This document shows positions 26,513 through 38,601 of a stretch of 64,000 nt of DNA, piece by piece; positions within the stretch are counted from its first letter, which is position 1, and the number at the start of each line of letters is the position of its first letter. Below the pieces are notes generated by a model that saw nothing but the letters and a program-made list of their open reading frames with translations, made no database searches and had not been told where the DNA came from. Both the position numbers and the translations under genes were made by a program. Origin of the DNA: Octopus vulgaris (lineage: Eukaryota); the NCBI GenBank assembly GCA_951406725.2, contig OX597820.1:47740001-47804000 (forward strand). Direction: 5' to 3'.

Positions 26513-27286
26513 TTGAGTCAAAAGTTTTGCAATGTTTTGATAACTTATCTGCTACTGTTTTATCTCTTGGAAGACGAAGCACCGGGCCTACAACGCGTCG
26601 GCCTTCTTCGTTCTCCTCTATGAAGTAGAAACGTAGCTCCTCACGAAGACCCAGGCAAAGAGAATCAACGACTTCGATAGCAGAGTCCTGACAGCCATCG
26701 AGGACATCAGATAGTACCATCACGTTTCCAACGAAGAGCTGCGTGGACACACGCATGAGCCCGCAGCTTCCGGCCACATGGCTCTCCACGCATGCGCTGC
26801 TACGGAAATGTCCTCTGCCTTCCGCCAGATCATCCTACCCGGGACTTACTCTTGTTTGACGCAGCATCCTGCAGGAGGCCCACACCAGATAGCTGAACAT
26901 CTTTGGAGGATGCAGAGGGGCTGACAACGGACTGTCAGAGATGGGTAGCACTGGTGAAGCTGGTTGGCACAACGTACAATGCCGCCTCTGGGATCACTAA
27001 CCTGGGATGGCCCCAGCTCCATGGATCAAGAGCATGAAGCAGCAACAGCAAGCAGTCGAGTTGAAATAAAAGTAACTTAGCATTCAAAGTAAAGGCCATC
27101 GTGTTGCACCGTCTGAAGGTGCCTTTCTGTCAGTTCTTGGATCCCACGCTGATACCAGTCCTTCTCCTCCGAGCCGAAAAACTCTTTCACTGAGACTTCC
27201 AACTCATCATGGTTGATGAAGCTTCGCGAGTGCAGGAAGTGAACCGTGAACCGGAAATTCTGCAAAACATTTGACTCAACACAATA
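26513..27286 (-). mobile_element. Internally deleted mariner element interrupted by an RTE fragment
   Basis: Inverted repeats ttgagtcaaaagttttgca / tgcaaaacatttgactcaa; ORF 27077-27265 EFFGSEEKDWYQRGIQEL...DGLYF resembles a mariner C-terminus. Confidence 0.75.
26570..27055 (+). mobile_element. RTE LINE 3' fragment
   Basis: YNASAFFVLLYEVET*LLTKTQAKRINDFDSRVL...HVSNEELR resembles the RTE LLYGAETW region; (AGC)-like tail. Confidence 0.8.
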
Positions 27287-28161
27287 TAAACTTAAATAAA
27301 CTTAGATATGTTTCAGCCCCAAACTGGCCCAGGCCGTATCTAAGTTAATAGCATCGCCTGATAGGATCTGTTAATTCATTTTTAAGTCAAGTTTTTGGTA
27401 TCATAACACATTAAGGTAGGGGGTTGTTGTTGACTGAAATGTATCCAGATATAGGTGGCTTATCTAGTATCCCTTAAAGAAATTTTACCAGGTTTCGTGT
27501 CAAGGTGATGAGATCTTTTTCTTTGATTTGGTTTGGGATAATGTTAAGCAGAACAAGACCTGTTGAGGAAAAGAAATTGATTGTGCTGCAGTGAACTTAT
27601 GTGTTGTGAGTGTGAATTGTGTAGGGGACGTATGGAATGTGGTTCCAACATTGGGTGAATTCTGAATTTGATGAAGTTCTTTTGGCTATACCAGTGGCAT
27701 ATTCCCCCTCGTTATCCAAATGACGTTTATACAGGGACAACACCGACTTTCCGGAGTCATGTACCGGGTCCTCTTATAATCGGCACTAATTTATGAGCAG
27801 GAACTTCAAATTTCCCGCTGCCGACAGACTAGTTTACCTGAATCCTGCACAGTGCAGTATTAATAAATTTGCACCAATTATACTAATGTATAGGTATCTG
27901 TATTTCATTTAGTAATTGATTACTTAACTTCTGTTCTTCTGATATTCATTTGTTAATTAATAATAACTGTAGATACGAACTCTATAAATTTCATGACACT
28001 AACACTTATATGGGACAAACAAATACAACAGTTTCTCATGATATGAAAGAACTATTGCAGCACATTACAAAACAAAACAAGAAACCAGGTAGAAAAAATA
28101 TTAGTTGAGAAAACAGGAATCGTATAAGAGAATTCCACAAAATATAATATACATATAGGCA

Positions 28162-28545
28162 GGCACAGGAGTGGCTGTGTGGTTAGTAGCTTGCTTACCA
28201 ACCACATGGTTCTGAGTTCAGTCCCACTGCGTGGCACCTTGGGCAAGTGTCTTCTACTATAGCCTCGCGCCGACCAAAGCCTTGTCAGTGGATTTGGTAA
28301 CTAAAGAAAGCCTGTCGTATATGTGTGTATGTGTTTGTGTATTTGCCCCCCCCCCTCCCAACATCGCTTGACAACCGAAGCTGGTCTGTTTACGTCTCCG
28401 TAATTTAGCGGTTCGGCAAAAGAGACTGAGAGAATAAGTACCAGGCTTACAAAGAATAAATCCTGGGGTCGACTTGTTCGACTAGAAGCGGTGCTCCTGC
28501 ATGGCCGCTATCAAATGACTGAAATAAATAAAAGAATAAAAGAAT
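28162..28545 (+). mobile_element. SINE family A, full length
   Basis: Colinear with other copies. Confidence 0.9.
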
Positions 28546-28629
28546 ATAACGGTATGTGTGTGTGCCTGGGTGAGTGTATGTGCCTATGCATGTGTGTGTT
28601 ATTTTGAATGTACGATTCTTTTAGAGACA

Positions 28630-28704
28630 AAAAAATCTTAACAAAAAAATCTTAACATAAATCTTTAAAAAAATCTTAACAAAAAAATCTTAACAAAAAT
28701 GTTA
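28630..28704. repeat. Minisatellite (aaaaaaatcttaac), about 5 copies
   Basis: Seen directly. Confidence 0.85.
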
Positions 28705-28759
28705 GAGCTGAGATTCCGTATTATTCCATTTGTTTGAATACTTTTCCGTAATTTTGCAT

Positions 28760-28895
28760 TTCGGCCAAAGAGATCGATAGAATAAGTACCAGATTTAAAT
28801 GAATTAGTACTGTGGTCGGTTGTTCGACCAAACCCTTCAATCAAGGCGGTGCCCCTGCATGGTAGCTGTCCAATGACCGAAACAAGTAAGAAAAA
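28760..28895 (+). mobile_element. SINE family A 3' fragment
   Basis: gatagaataagtacc...ggcggtgcccctgcatgg tail. Confidence 0.75.
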
Positions 28896-29459
28896 AAAAA
28901 AAGAATGAACGGCAATGTCACCTTCGGCATGATTTGAACTCGGGAATGTAGTGTTAAACCAAAAACCACGACAATTAATTCTATACAGCTGAATCGTCGA
29001 CAGCGAGACAAAATCACAAACGCGTACATCTCATGTTAACACACGATACACATTCACACATCACTCATACTCACATCCACATAAACACATCGAAACACTA
29101 ACACATGCCTGTACTTACGCGCTCACATAGCTATAAACACACACACACACATGTACATGCTAAGAAATTTACACATACATAACCACAATAAGTACGTGTT
29201 CGTATTCACACGCGACTTCGTTCACAGGGACATGCTTTGACACGAACATTTACCGACTGCACTTGAAATACCCATACACAGTTGGCTGCATGCAGATATG
29301 CACCTGACAACCTGCACCAGTCTGTATAGTGAACATCATCGTAAGTAATGCGCACAGCCACATTATACACCGTAACAGTGTTTTGATGCACATGGTTACG
29401 ATACAGTATATCTGTGATACATATTGAAATGTAACATCCTTATATCTCTACCTACCTAC

Positions 29460-29642
29460 CTACTTTTTTATTTTATTTATTTATTATTTTTTTTGTTCTT
29501 TTCTTCCCTTTTACGATCCCTCTTGATCGAAAACCTACGCCACCCCCTTTTTTTTCTTTTGTTTTTTGTATCCCCCAAAAGAAAAGCTCTACCTTGTAAC
29601 TTGTCCCATCTGTGTGCAGCCCTGTGTGGCCAATAAAGAAAC

Positions 29643-29723
<81 letters not shown>

Positions 29724-29783
29724 AAGCTCTACTCTGTAATTTGTCCCGTCTGTGTTTAGCCCTGTGTGGCTAATAAAGAAACA

Positions 29784-29870
<87 letters not shown>
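29460..29870 (+). mobile_element. Two tandem 3' ends of the unclassified LINE, each followed by (TATC)n
   Basis: 29500-29640 matches 380-510; second, shorter copy at 29724-29781. Confidence 0.7.
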
Positions 29871-30284
29871 ACTTTTTCTTTTATTCTTTAGATGTCCCAG
29901 GTATTAGACCACAGCTATGCTGAGCACTGTCTGGAAGGATTTTGGGGTTCAAATCGATTCCAGGACATGTTATTATTTTTACAAATGCTAAACTGCTAAA
30001 ATACAGGGTCACAAACAAACCAACACCGGTGGCCAACCGACAAGTGACAAAAAGAGGCATGTATACACACACACACATACACACACACATTACACATAGA
30101 AACACACAAGCAGTATGAATAAAGAAATGAATCCGAAACCATGCAGTTTCGGAACGAAATTCTTAATCCCGTACATTATTGTGTGTGTGTGCATGTGTGT
30201 GTGAGTGAGTGCGCACGAGTATATATATATGTGTCTCTCTCTCTATATAAGTTTGTATGCCTGATTGTATATATATACATACAA

Positions 30285-30360
<76 letters not shown>

Positions 30361-31076
30361 GTTTGTATGCGTGATTGTATTCATACATACATACATACAT
30401 ATATATATATATGTATACACACACATACACACATATGTGTATGTGTGTGTATACCTGTATAAATATATTTATACATGTGTGTGTAGGTGTGAGTGTGTGC
30501 GTCTGTGTTTGTCCCCACTACCACCACTTGATAACTGGAGTTGATGTGTTTGCGTCAACGTAATTTATTCCTTCGGCACATAAGTTTTTACTGGAACTTG
30601 CCACGTACCACTACCCTTCAGGCGTTTCCAGTGCACCCGTCGCACATCCTCTAGTTACCCATTCTATAACCTTCCTCTAAGGCATGCTTATTAATCACTA
30701 AACCCAGTTCATTCTACCTAAGATTATCGACCCTTTGGAATTCTCATCCCCAGCCTATTTTTTTTTTGCCCTTCAGCCATCATCACTTAACACCTTGGGT
30801 GTTACATAAACTATGACAATTTTACCCATCTGGGAACGGCCTGTAGGATCCACAGGCACGCAGACTCTTCCACGAAATATATAAAGATAAAACATACATT
30901 TACATGTATATATAAAGAAACAAATAATCACATATATAATCAAACTGCGTATACATGCAGTAAGATTCTCACATACATATAATCATTCGGACACAAATAT
31001 TTGCTTATGATGATAGATACATTTAAACTTAAATATGTTTCAAAGTCATATTTAAAAAGTTTGAGTATATTTTTAT

Positions 31077-31159
<83 letters not shown>

Positions 31160-31163
<4 letters not shown>

Positions 31164-31480
31164 CCCCCTTCGGTCAGACACTGACCATGGGCTTGCACCT
31201 AGAGAGTTACGGTCTGAGGCACAAGTCTGGGCAAGGTTGTTTTATGGAAGAGCAGCACACGCCCATGCATACCAGCCTCCCCTCTCCACGTCACCAGTGT
31301 TATCCAAGGAAAAGGCAAGGACCGATACAGCTTGGCACCTGTGACGTCGGAACTCATTTCTACAGCTGAAATAACTGGAACAACGTGAAATAAAGCGTCT
31401 TGCTCAAGAACACATCACGCAGCCCGGTCCGGGATTCGAGCTCACAACCTCACGATCGTAAGCTCGACGCTCTTTCACTC
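31160..31480 (-). mobile_element. SINE family D (tRNA head + ttcttgagcaag core); degenerate relatives at ~33110-33330(-), 40680-40910(+), 43950-44080(-), 50560-50800(+)
   Basis: Minus strand gagctcgaatcccggaccggg (B-box-like) followed by gttcttgagcaagacgctttatttc. Confidence 0.7.
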
Positions 31481-31481
31481 A

Positions 31482-31544
<63 letters not shown>

Positions 31545-31556
31545 ATACACATATAT

Positions 31557-31606
<50 letters not shown>

Positions 31607-31608
<2 letters not shown>

Positions 31609-31947
31609 TCTTTTACTTGTTTCAGTCATTTGACGGCCGCCGTGCTGGAGCACCGCCTTTTAAGTCGAATAGATCGAACCCAGGTCTTATCTCTAATAAG
31701 CCTAGTACTTATTGTATCGGTCTCTTAGGCCCTAACCTCTAGTTTACGGCGACGTAAGCACACCAACATCGGTTGTCATGCGCTGGTGAGGGGACAAACA
31801 CAAGCACACAAATACATACATACAGTTTCTGCGTACCAAATTCATTCACCACAAGGCTGTGGTCGGCTCGCGGATGCCACGCAGTGGAACTGAACCCGGA
31901 AACATGTGAAAGGGAAGCAAGCTTCTTACCACTCAGCTACTCCTGCG
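31607..31947 (-). mobile_element. SINE family A, internally deleted
   Basis: Reverse complement of both tail and head is recognisable. Confidence 0.8.
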
Positions 31948-31985
31948 ACTCTCTCCCTCCCTCCCTCTCTCCCTCTCTCCCACCA

Positions 31986-32035
<50 letters not shown>

Positions 32036-32539
32036 ATATATATATATATATATATTATATTTGTATGTATGCATATATATATAGGAGTGTGAGTGTGTGT
32101 ATGTGTGTCTGTCTGTTTGTAAATATGTAAGTATATATATATATATATCTTAGCATATATTTACATACATCAAGGTCTATCTGTCTATCTATCTATCTAT
32201 CTATCTGTCTATCTATCTATTTATTTAACTCTGTATTTATGAGACAAATACACTCGTTCATGCATAATTATGCGTATATTCTCACGTACATATATACAAT
32301 TGCTTATACAGACAAACATTGTCATGAGTCTTCTCCACTGCTACCACAGTGCTATATACAGTTAGCTGCATGCAGATGTGCAGACGTGCACCTGGCAAAC
32401 AGCAGCAGTGAACGTCGTTGAATACTTAATAATACAGCAAGCAGTGTAGTGAGTGTTGCTGTAAGCTGTGTGCTGTGACATTATAAACACAGTTATGTAG
32501 GTATCATAATATCAGAGTAATATTCAAGGCCAGTAGTTT

Positions 32540-33105
32540 CAAAGGATGGAGTAAACCGATAAAATTGGCTTCAGTATTCAGTACTCGACTGGTACTTATT
32601 TTATCGACCCCCGAAAGGATGAAAGGCAACATCGACCTCGGCGGAATTTAAGCTCAGAACGTAAAGACGGACGGAATGCTATTAAGCCCGACGTGCTAAC
32701 AGTTCTGCCAGCTCGTTGCCTTTAATGACGACGTTGTAATATTGGTTACAAATTTTGGCAGAGGGCCAGCAATTTCGGGAGAGGGGTTCACTCGATTGGT
32801 ACTTATTTTATCGAACCCGATTGGATGAAAGGCATAGTCAGTCTCGGCAGAATTTGAACTCAGAATGTAAAAACAGACGATTCTGCCAGCTCGTCAGCTT
32901 TAATTATACTGTAGTAATATTGAAAAGGACATAAGGGTGCGAGCTGGCAGAAACGTTAGCACACCGACCAAGGTTCTGAGTTCAAATTCCGCCGAGGACG
33001 ACTTTGCCTTTCCTCCTTTCGGGGGTAGATAAATTAAGTACCAGTTGTGTATTGGGATAGTTCTAATCGACTGCGCCCACCCTCCATCAAAATTTCGAGT
33101 CCTAG
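32540..33105. mobile_element. Cluster of older SINE-B copies (two minus, one plus)
   Basis: Core gaaaggatgaaaggc...gaatttgaactcagaacg at ~32615 and ~32825; plus-strand head at 32936. Confidence 0.8.
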
Positions 33106-33414
33106 GACTCAGGACTGGTCACCCGGTTTCCGTAGCGTATAATTGACCGAGATCAAATCATCCTCCCTGAACAAGGTGCCGGTTTGAGCAGGGTTACTCA
33201 TTCACAACTGAGTAGACTGAAACATCGGAAAGAGAAGTCTCCTGCTCATAAACTCAATGTAGCGCCCGGTCCGGAAATCGAAACCATGACCATGCGATTG
33301 TGAGTACAATTGCTCGGTCACTGGCCTCAGCACACACATACACATGTTTATATGTATACGTTCATACCTAAATATATATATATATTACAGGACGCAAATT
33401 GGTCGAGGCTTTAG

Positions 33415-33655
33415 AGCATGCGCTGGTACGAACTCACCCTCCTCTTTATGCCAGATCATCCTAAGAGGGCCTTGCTTTCGTTCGATGCAGCAACTGAGGG
33501 CTGGAAGAGGCCCTTGGCAGATACCGCACCGGATGGCTGGACGTGATTAAAGAAGATCTCCAGAGGCTGGATGTCATCTTGGAGGATGCAGAGGGGTTGG
33601 CACGGGACTGCCAGCGATTGAGAGCACTGGCGGACGTGGTCAGCTGTACGCACGC
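33415..33655 (+). mobile_element. RTE LINE ORF2 C-terminal fragment
   Basis: GWKRP..R.GWLDVIKEDLQRLDVILEDAEGLARD; ttggaggatgcagagggg shared with ~26903. Confidence 0.8.
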
Positions 33656-33684
33656 ATACATATATACACGCATACATACATACA

Positions 33685-33715
<31 letters not shown>

Positions 33716-34050
33716 GTATGAGAGGTTTTGGTATCCAGAAGACCCAAAAGCAAGTAAGGCTATGAGAGTGCTACTGAAGGACCGCTGTTAGATTCCCGGT
33801 TCGATAATAGCATGAGGAGGCTAACGCGAGTCGTGTATGAGCATGTATGTGAGTAAAGAGACTTCTTGTCCATGGTATGTAGACTTATTCTACACAGCAC
33901 ATTCCTTGGATAACGGAACTGCAACTGTAACATCCAACATACATTTTTATTTTTATTCTCATATTTTCCTTTATACTTCCTTTATCCCTCCCTTTCCAAA
34001 ATGACTTCTTATATTGAACTCAACTATTTCCTTCTATTTAACTCTCTCAT

Positions 34051-34104
34051 ATCGTCTCTGATGAAGGGATATCCCTCATATCCCTGAAACAGCTGTAAGA
34101 CTAT
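34051..34104 (+). ncRNA. Minimal type I hammerhead ribozyme (Penelope-like-element type)
   Basis: gtct-CTGATGA-agggatat(ccctc)atatccct-GAAA-c(agct)g-TA-agac: complete catalytic core, 8-bp stem II, minimal stem III with palindromic loop, stem I gtct/agac. Confidence 0.78.
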
Positions 34105-34168
34105 CTTTCTCTTTATAAAAGTCCTAGAATTTTCACACTGCTTTGGCTTTGTTGTCTCATTTTATTTA

Positions 34169-34263
34169 ACACACACACACACACGCACACACACACACAC
34201 GCACACACACACACACGCACACACACACACACGCACACACACACACACGCACACACACACACA
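34169..34263. repeat. (CA)n with 16-bp higher-order periodicity
   Basis: G interruptions at 34185, 34201, 34217, 34233, 34249. Confidence 0.95.
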
Positions 34264-34435
34264 CTAATATACATTCGACATGCTTTGGTCTCCGTTGGTC
34301 AGTTAGTCCAGGAGGTAAATTTAAAAAAAGTAAACAAATAAAATTACTAACAAAGTTTATGTATTTTCCGCAAAGAAACAGAAGAGATAACGACGTTTCG
34401 GACGAGTCGTTATTTTCAAAGATAAAATATATAGA

Positions 34436-34609
34436 ATGAAAGCAAGTCGACCCCGGCGGAATTTGAACTCAGAACGTTACGGCAAACGAAATACCGCTAA
34501 GCACTTCGCCCGGCGTGCTAACGTTTCTGCCAGCTCGCCGCCTTAACAGCTCCATATATTGAAATAATTACAACGCCAGTTACGTCAGTAGCAGCGACAA
34601 CAACGAAAG
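34436..34609 (-). mobile_element. SINE-B head plus 67 bp of flank, duplicate of ~38493-38668
   Basis: Near-identical sequence, including non-SINE flank. Confidence 0.88.
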
Positions 34610-35649
34610 TATTACTAAATATGTGTAATAAAGCCATCTTGGTAAACTGATGCAAATATAAAGACTTCTAGATAAAGACATCAGACTATCCCACGAGTAT
34701 GTCACTTTGTGATTATTCGACTGTCTTTAGAAAAGGAAGAACATATTGAATGATCTATTTTGAGAGCGACTGTGTCTAAAACGACAAGAGGACCATCGGT
34801 TGACTGCCTTTCGTCATAGTTCTGTTCAATAAGGAATTACCTAGGTCTAAACAGCACCAACAATAGAAAGATCGATAATAAGATAGAAATATTTGAAAAG
34901 TGAAAAAAAAATAAGTAAAAGAAATAGAAAGACACGAGAGGAGACCAATTTAAAAAGTTCGTCTTTCACCGTAGCCACCAGCAAGGGGAAAACGCCGTGC
35001 CTTCCTTGGTAAAGGAAAGCAGTGCGACAATCAATGCTTTATGAGTTCAGATTAATTCATTCTAAACGCAACTCCAGCCTTTCAAACGAGTTACTCAAGG
35101 CCGCAATCAATAGAAACAGAACAAGTTTTCTTTTATATATATATACATTATGAACATTAACGGATATAAATATATATTGTTCATTTGCGGTGCAGGCATG
35201 AAATCGCTCAAAACAATTTTTATATATGTTTATTCTGTTTATTCATGTGTAAAGTAAACATAATTTACAATCAATCAATTGATCATTTGGTCAGCACAAA
35301 AACATCAACGGATTGAGAAGAAAGGACTTGCAATAGTTTAAAATGTGATTGTTGACTTTGAAAGTGATCAAATAAAAGTGTAAGTTAACTCATTACGCCA
35401 ACGGATTTTTGCTGGACCTCACGGGAAGAAAAGTTGTAGTGTGTTTATTCGAAAGGGCGAAATTAGTTCCCTTCATTTTTTACCCCTTATTGGGGTAACT
35501 GCTGGCCTTGTCTGTCTGTCTCTCTCTGTCTCTCTCTCTCTCCCCCTCTCTTTCTGTATATATATATATATTTCTGAAACAGTCATGAAGGCAATTAGCA
35601 GTCAAAAGCAGAAGTCATAGCTGTGTGCTGTGTGCACACGGGTGCATGT

Positions 35650-35865
35650 CTTGGTGCTTGTATCTACCCTGCCCCGCTTAGCAACCGGTAGTGGATTGTT
35701 TACGTCCTCGTAACATAGCGATTCGGAAAAAGTGATCGATATAATAAGTGCCAGATATATTATTTTTTTTTAAATATGTACTGGGATTGATATTTTCGAC
35801 GAAGAAGATCCTTCAAGGTGGTGACCCAGAATGGCCGCTGTCCAATGACAGAAACAAGTAAAAAA
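35650..35865 (+). mobile_element. SINE family A 3' half, degenerate
   Basis: tttacgtcctcgtaacatagcg and ggtggtgacccagaatggcc...gaaacaagtaaaa. Confidence 0.65.
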
Positions 35866-36365
35866 AAGTAACACACATCATCGAACGAGTTTCCTCCTGG
35901 ACAACGTGCAGACACCTCAAAATCCAAGGATTGGGTTTAATAGCTATCGATGCAATGTGAAACGTAGTGTGATTATTCTTATTTGATATTTCACTATACG
36001 TTTGGAATCGATGGTCTTCATTCACTTCAAAACACTCGAGTCATCAACACCTTTCACCTGCTTCACATTCGATCACATGAGTTATTTTAACCGCTTTGGT
36101 TCAGTCTATAGTGTTGCTTATTCGTTCACCATAAATTGTCTGAGACCGCAGGTATAGCTTACGTGTGAAACTCTGAGTAACAAAGGAGTAATTCACTACT
36201 AGATTTTCAATTGGATACTCTATAAATGTATTGAGTACTCTTTTCTTTCGTTTGGAAACTTAAATGCTCACACAGAAATATATTGTACACATATACACAC
36301 TCATATTTATATACACACATACATACATTCAGACATGTATATCCAATACATATAAACACACACAC

Positions 36366-36445
<80 letters not shown>

Positions 36446-36540
36446 ATATAGGTATACACACACAAATATACATTATCATAAGTATGTTTAATTGAAGCAT
36501 TAACCATATGCTTCAGTGTGTGTGAGTGTGTGTGTTGTGT

Positions 36541-36599
<59 letters not shown>

Positions 36600-36813
36600 T
36601 GCTTGCGTTCCTGTGCGCGCGCGTGTGTAGCCTTGATTGAATGCCAAAAGAGATGAGTTTAATCTTGAATCAGTGCAGAGTAAATTGAGTTTACACCGAT
36701 GGTGTTATGAAGACTGGGAGAGAAGTATGTGTAAAGGTTTGTGGGGTAGGAAGCTGGGCTGGGTCTGCATGGGGATAATGTTGACGACGATGATGATGAT
36801 CACGATGATGGTA

Positions 36814-36845
<32 letters not shown>

Positions 36846-37360
36846 AATAGGCGGTGTTCGGTGTTTTACTTTTATCACACCTTTCATATCTATTTGAGTG
36901 TACTTATATAACTGTTTATATGTTTCTTTGTGTACCTATATGTGTATCTCTGTGATAGGATATAAGATGGGTGTGTACACACACACACGCATACAAATCT
37001 CTTTCACATTTTTCCATATATATATATATATATATATATGTATATGTATGCGTTTACGCGCACTCGTATGTGTGTGTGTCTACAAATATGTGCACATTTA
37101 TTAGGTTGTGCATATTTATGCATGTATGTACATGTATGTACACCCATAAATCTGTGTGCATGTATATATATATATATATATATATATTACTATTACTACT
37201 ACTACTAATACTAGTGGAAGAGAGAGAAGGTGAGAGAGGAGAGAACTACCGAGATATTATGTATCTATGCTTGTATGCGTGTTTGTATACATATATATGT
37301 ACATAGCTTTTTGTGTACAGATACACACCTATGTTTTCACATTTACGACTGTTAGTTCCA

Positions 37361-37415
<55 letters not shown>

Positions 37416-37459
37416 TGTGTGTTTTTGTGTGTACTGGAATAATTAGCTGGGCATGTTGT

Positions 37460-37618
37460 TATGGAGCCGATGGAGTTGGTAAGTATTAATCGACGGTTAC
37501 TTATACTGGTTCAAAATTTGGTGGGTAGTATTGATGTTATGGCTTATGTATGTTATATGGAGCCGATGGAGTTGGTAAGTATTAATCGACGGTTACTTAT
37601 ACTGGTTCAAAATTTGGT
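37460..37618. repeat. Perfect 63-bp direct repeat (37460-37522, 37556-37618) with 33-bp spacer
   Basis: Seen directly. Confidence 0.92.
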
Positions 37619-38601
37619 ATACGACCAGCAATTTGGGGGACAGCGGTAAGTCGATTACCTGGATCGTAGTGTTTAACTGATATTTATTTTATCAACCACG
37701 AAAGGATAAAAAACAAAATTGACTTCGGGAGATTTTGAACTCAGAACGTAATGCCGCTAAGCAATTTTTCCGGCCTGGTAACAATTCTACCAGCGCTATT
37801 TATTCTTTTCTACTCTAGGTACAAGCCCGAAATTTTTGGGGAAGGGGACCACTCAATTACATCGACCCTGATATGCAACTGGTACTTTATTTAGCCACTT
37901 CGAAAGTATGGAAGGCAAAATCAACCTCGGCGGAATTTGAACTCAGAACGTAAAGACAGACGAAATACCGCTAAGCATTTCGCCCGACATACTAACGTTT
38001 CTTATTTCTTTACTGCCCACAAAGGGCTACACACAGAGGGGACAAACAAGGACAAACAAACGGATTAAGTCGATTATATCGACCCCAGTACGTAACTGGT
38101 ACTTATTTAATTGACCCCGAAAGGATGAAAGGCAAAGTCGACCTCGGAGGATTTTGAACTCAGAACTTAGCGGCAAACAAAATACCTATTTCTTTACTAC
38201 CTACAACGGGCTAAACACAGAGGAGACAAACAAGGACTGGCAGACGGATTAAGTCGATTATATCGACCCCAGTGCGTAACTGGTACTTAATTTATCGACC
38301 CCGAAAGGATGAAAAGCAAAGTCAACCTCGGCGGAATTTGAACTCAGAACTTAGCGGCAGACGAAATACCTATTTCTTTACTACCTACAACGGGCTAAAC
38401 ACAGAGGAGACAAACAAGGACTGGCAGATGGATTAAGTCGATTATATCGACCCCAGTGCGTAACTGGTACTTAATTTATCGACCTCGAAAGGATGAAAAG
38501 CAAAGTCAACCTCGGCGGAATTTGAACTCAGAACGTTACGGCAAACGAAATACCGCTAAGCACTTCGCCTGGCGTGCTAACGTTTCTGCCAGCTCGCCGC
38601 C
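37603..38601 (-). mobile_element. SINE family B array (young trimer inserted into an old-tail copy, plus an adjacent old copy)
   Basis: ~184-bp units with junctions at ~38185, ~38369 and ~38000; single complete head at 38601. Confidence 0.9.

Noticed and set aside
37460-37618. Repeat-spacer-repeat as a CRISPR array
   Set aside because: Only two 63-bp repeats, eukaryotic context, no cas genes.
38000-38601. SINE-B tandem units as a hammerhead retrozyme array
   Set aside because: No CUGANGA core on either strand of the ~184-bp unit.
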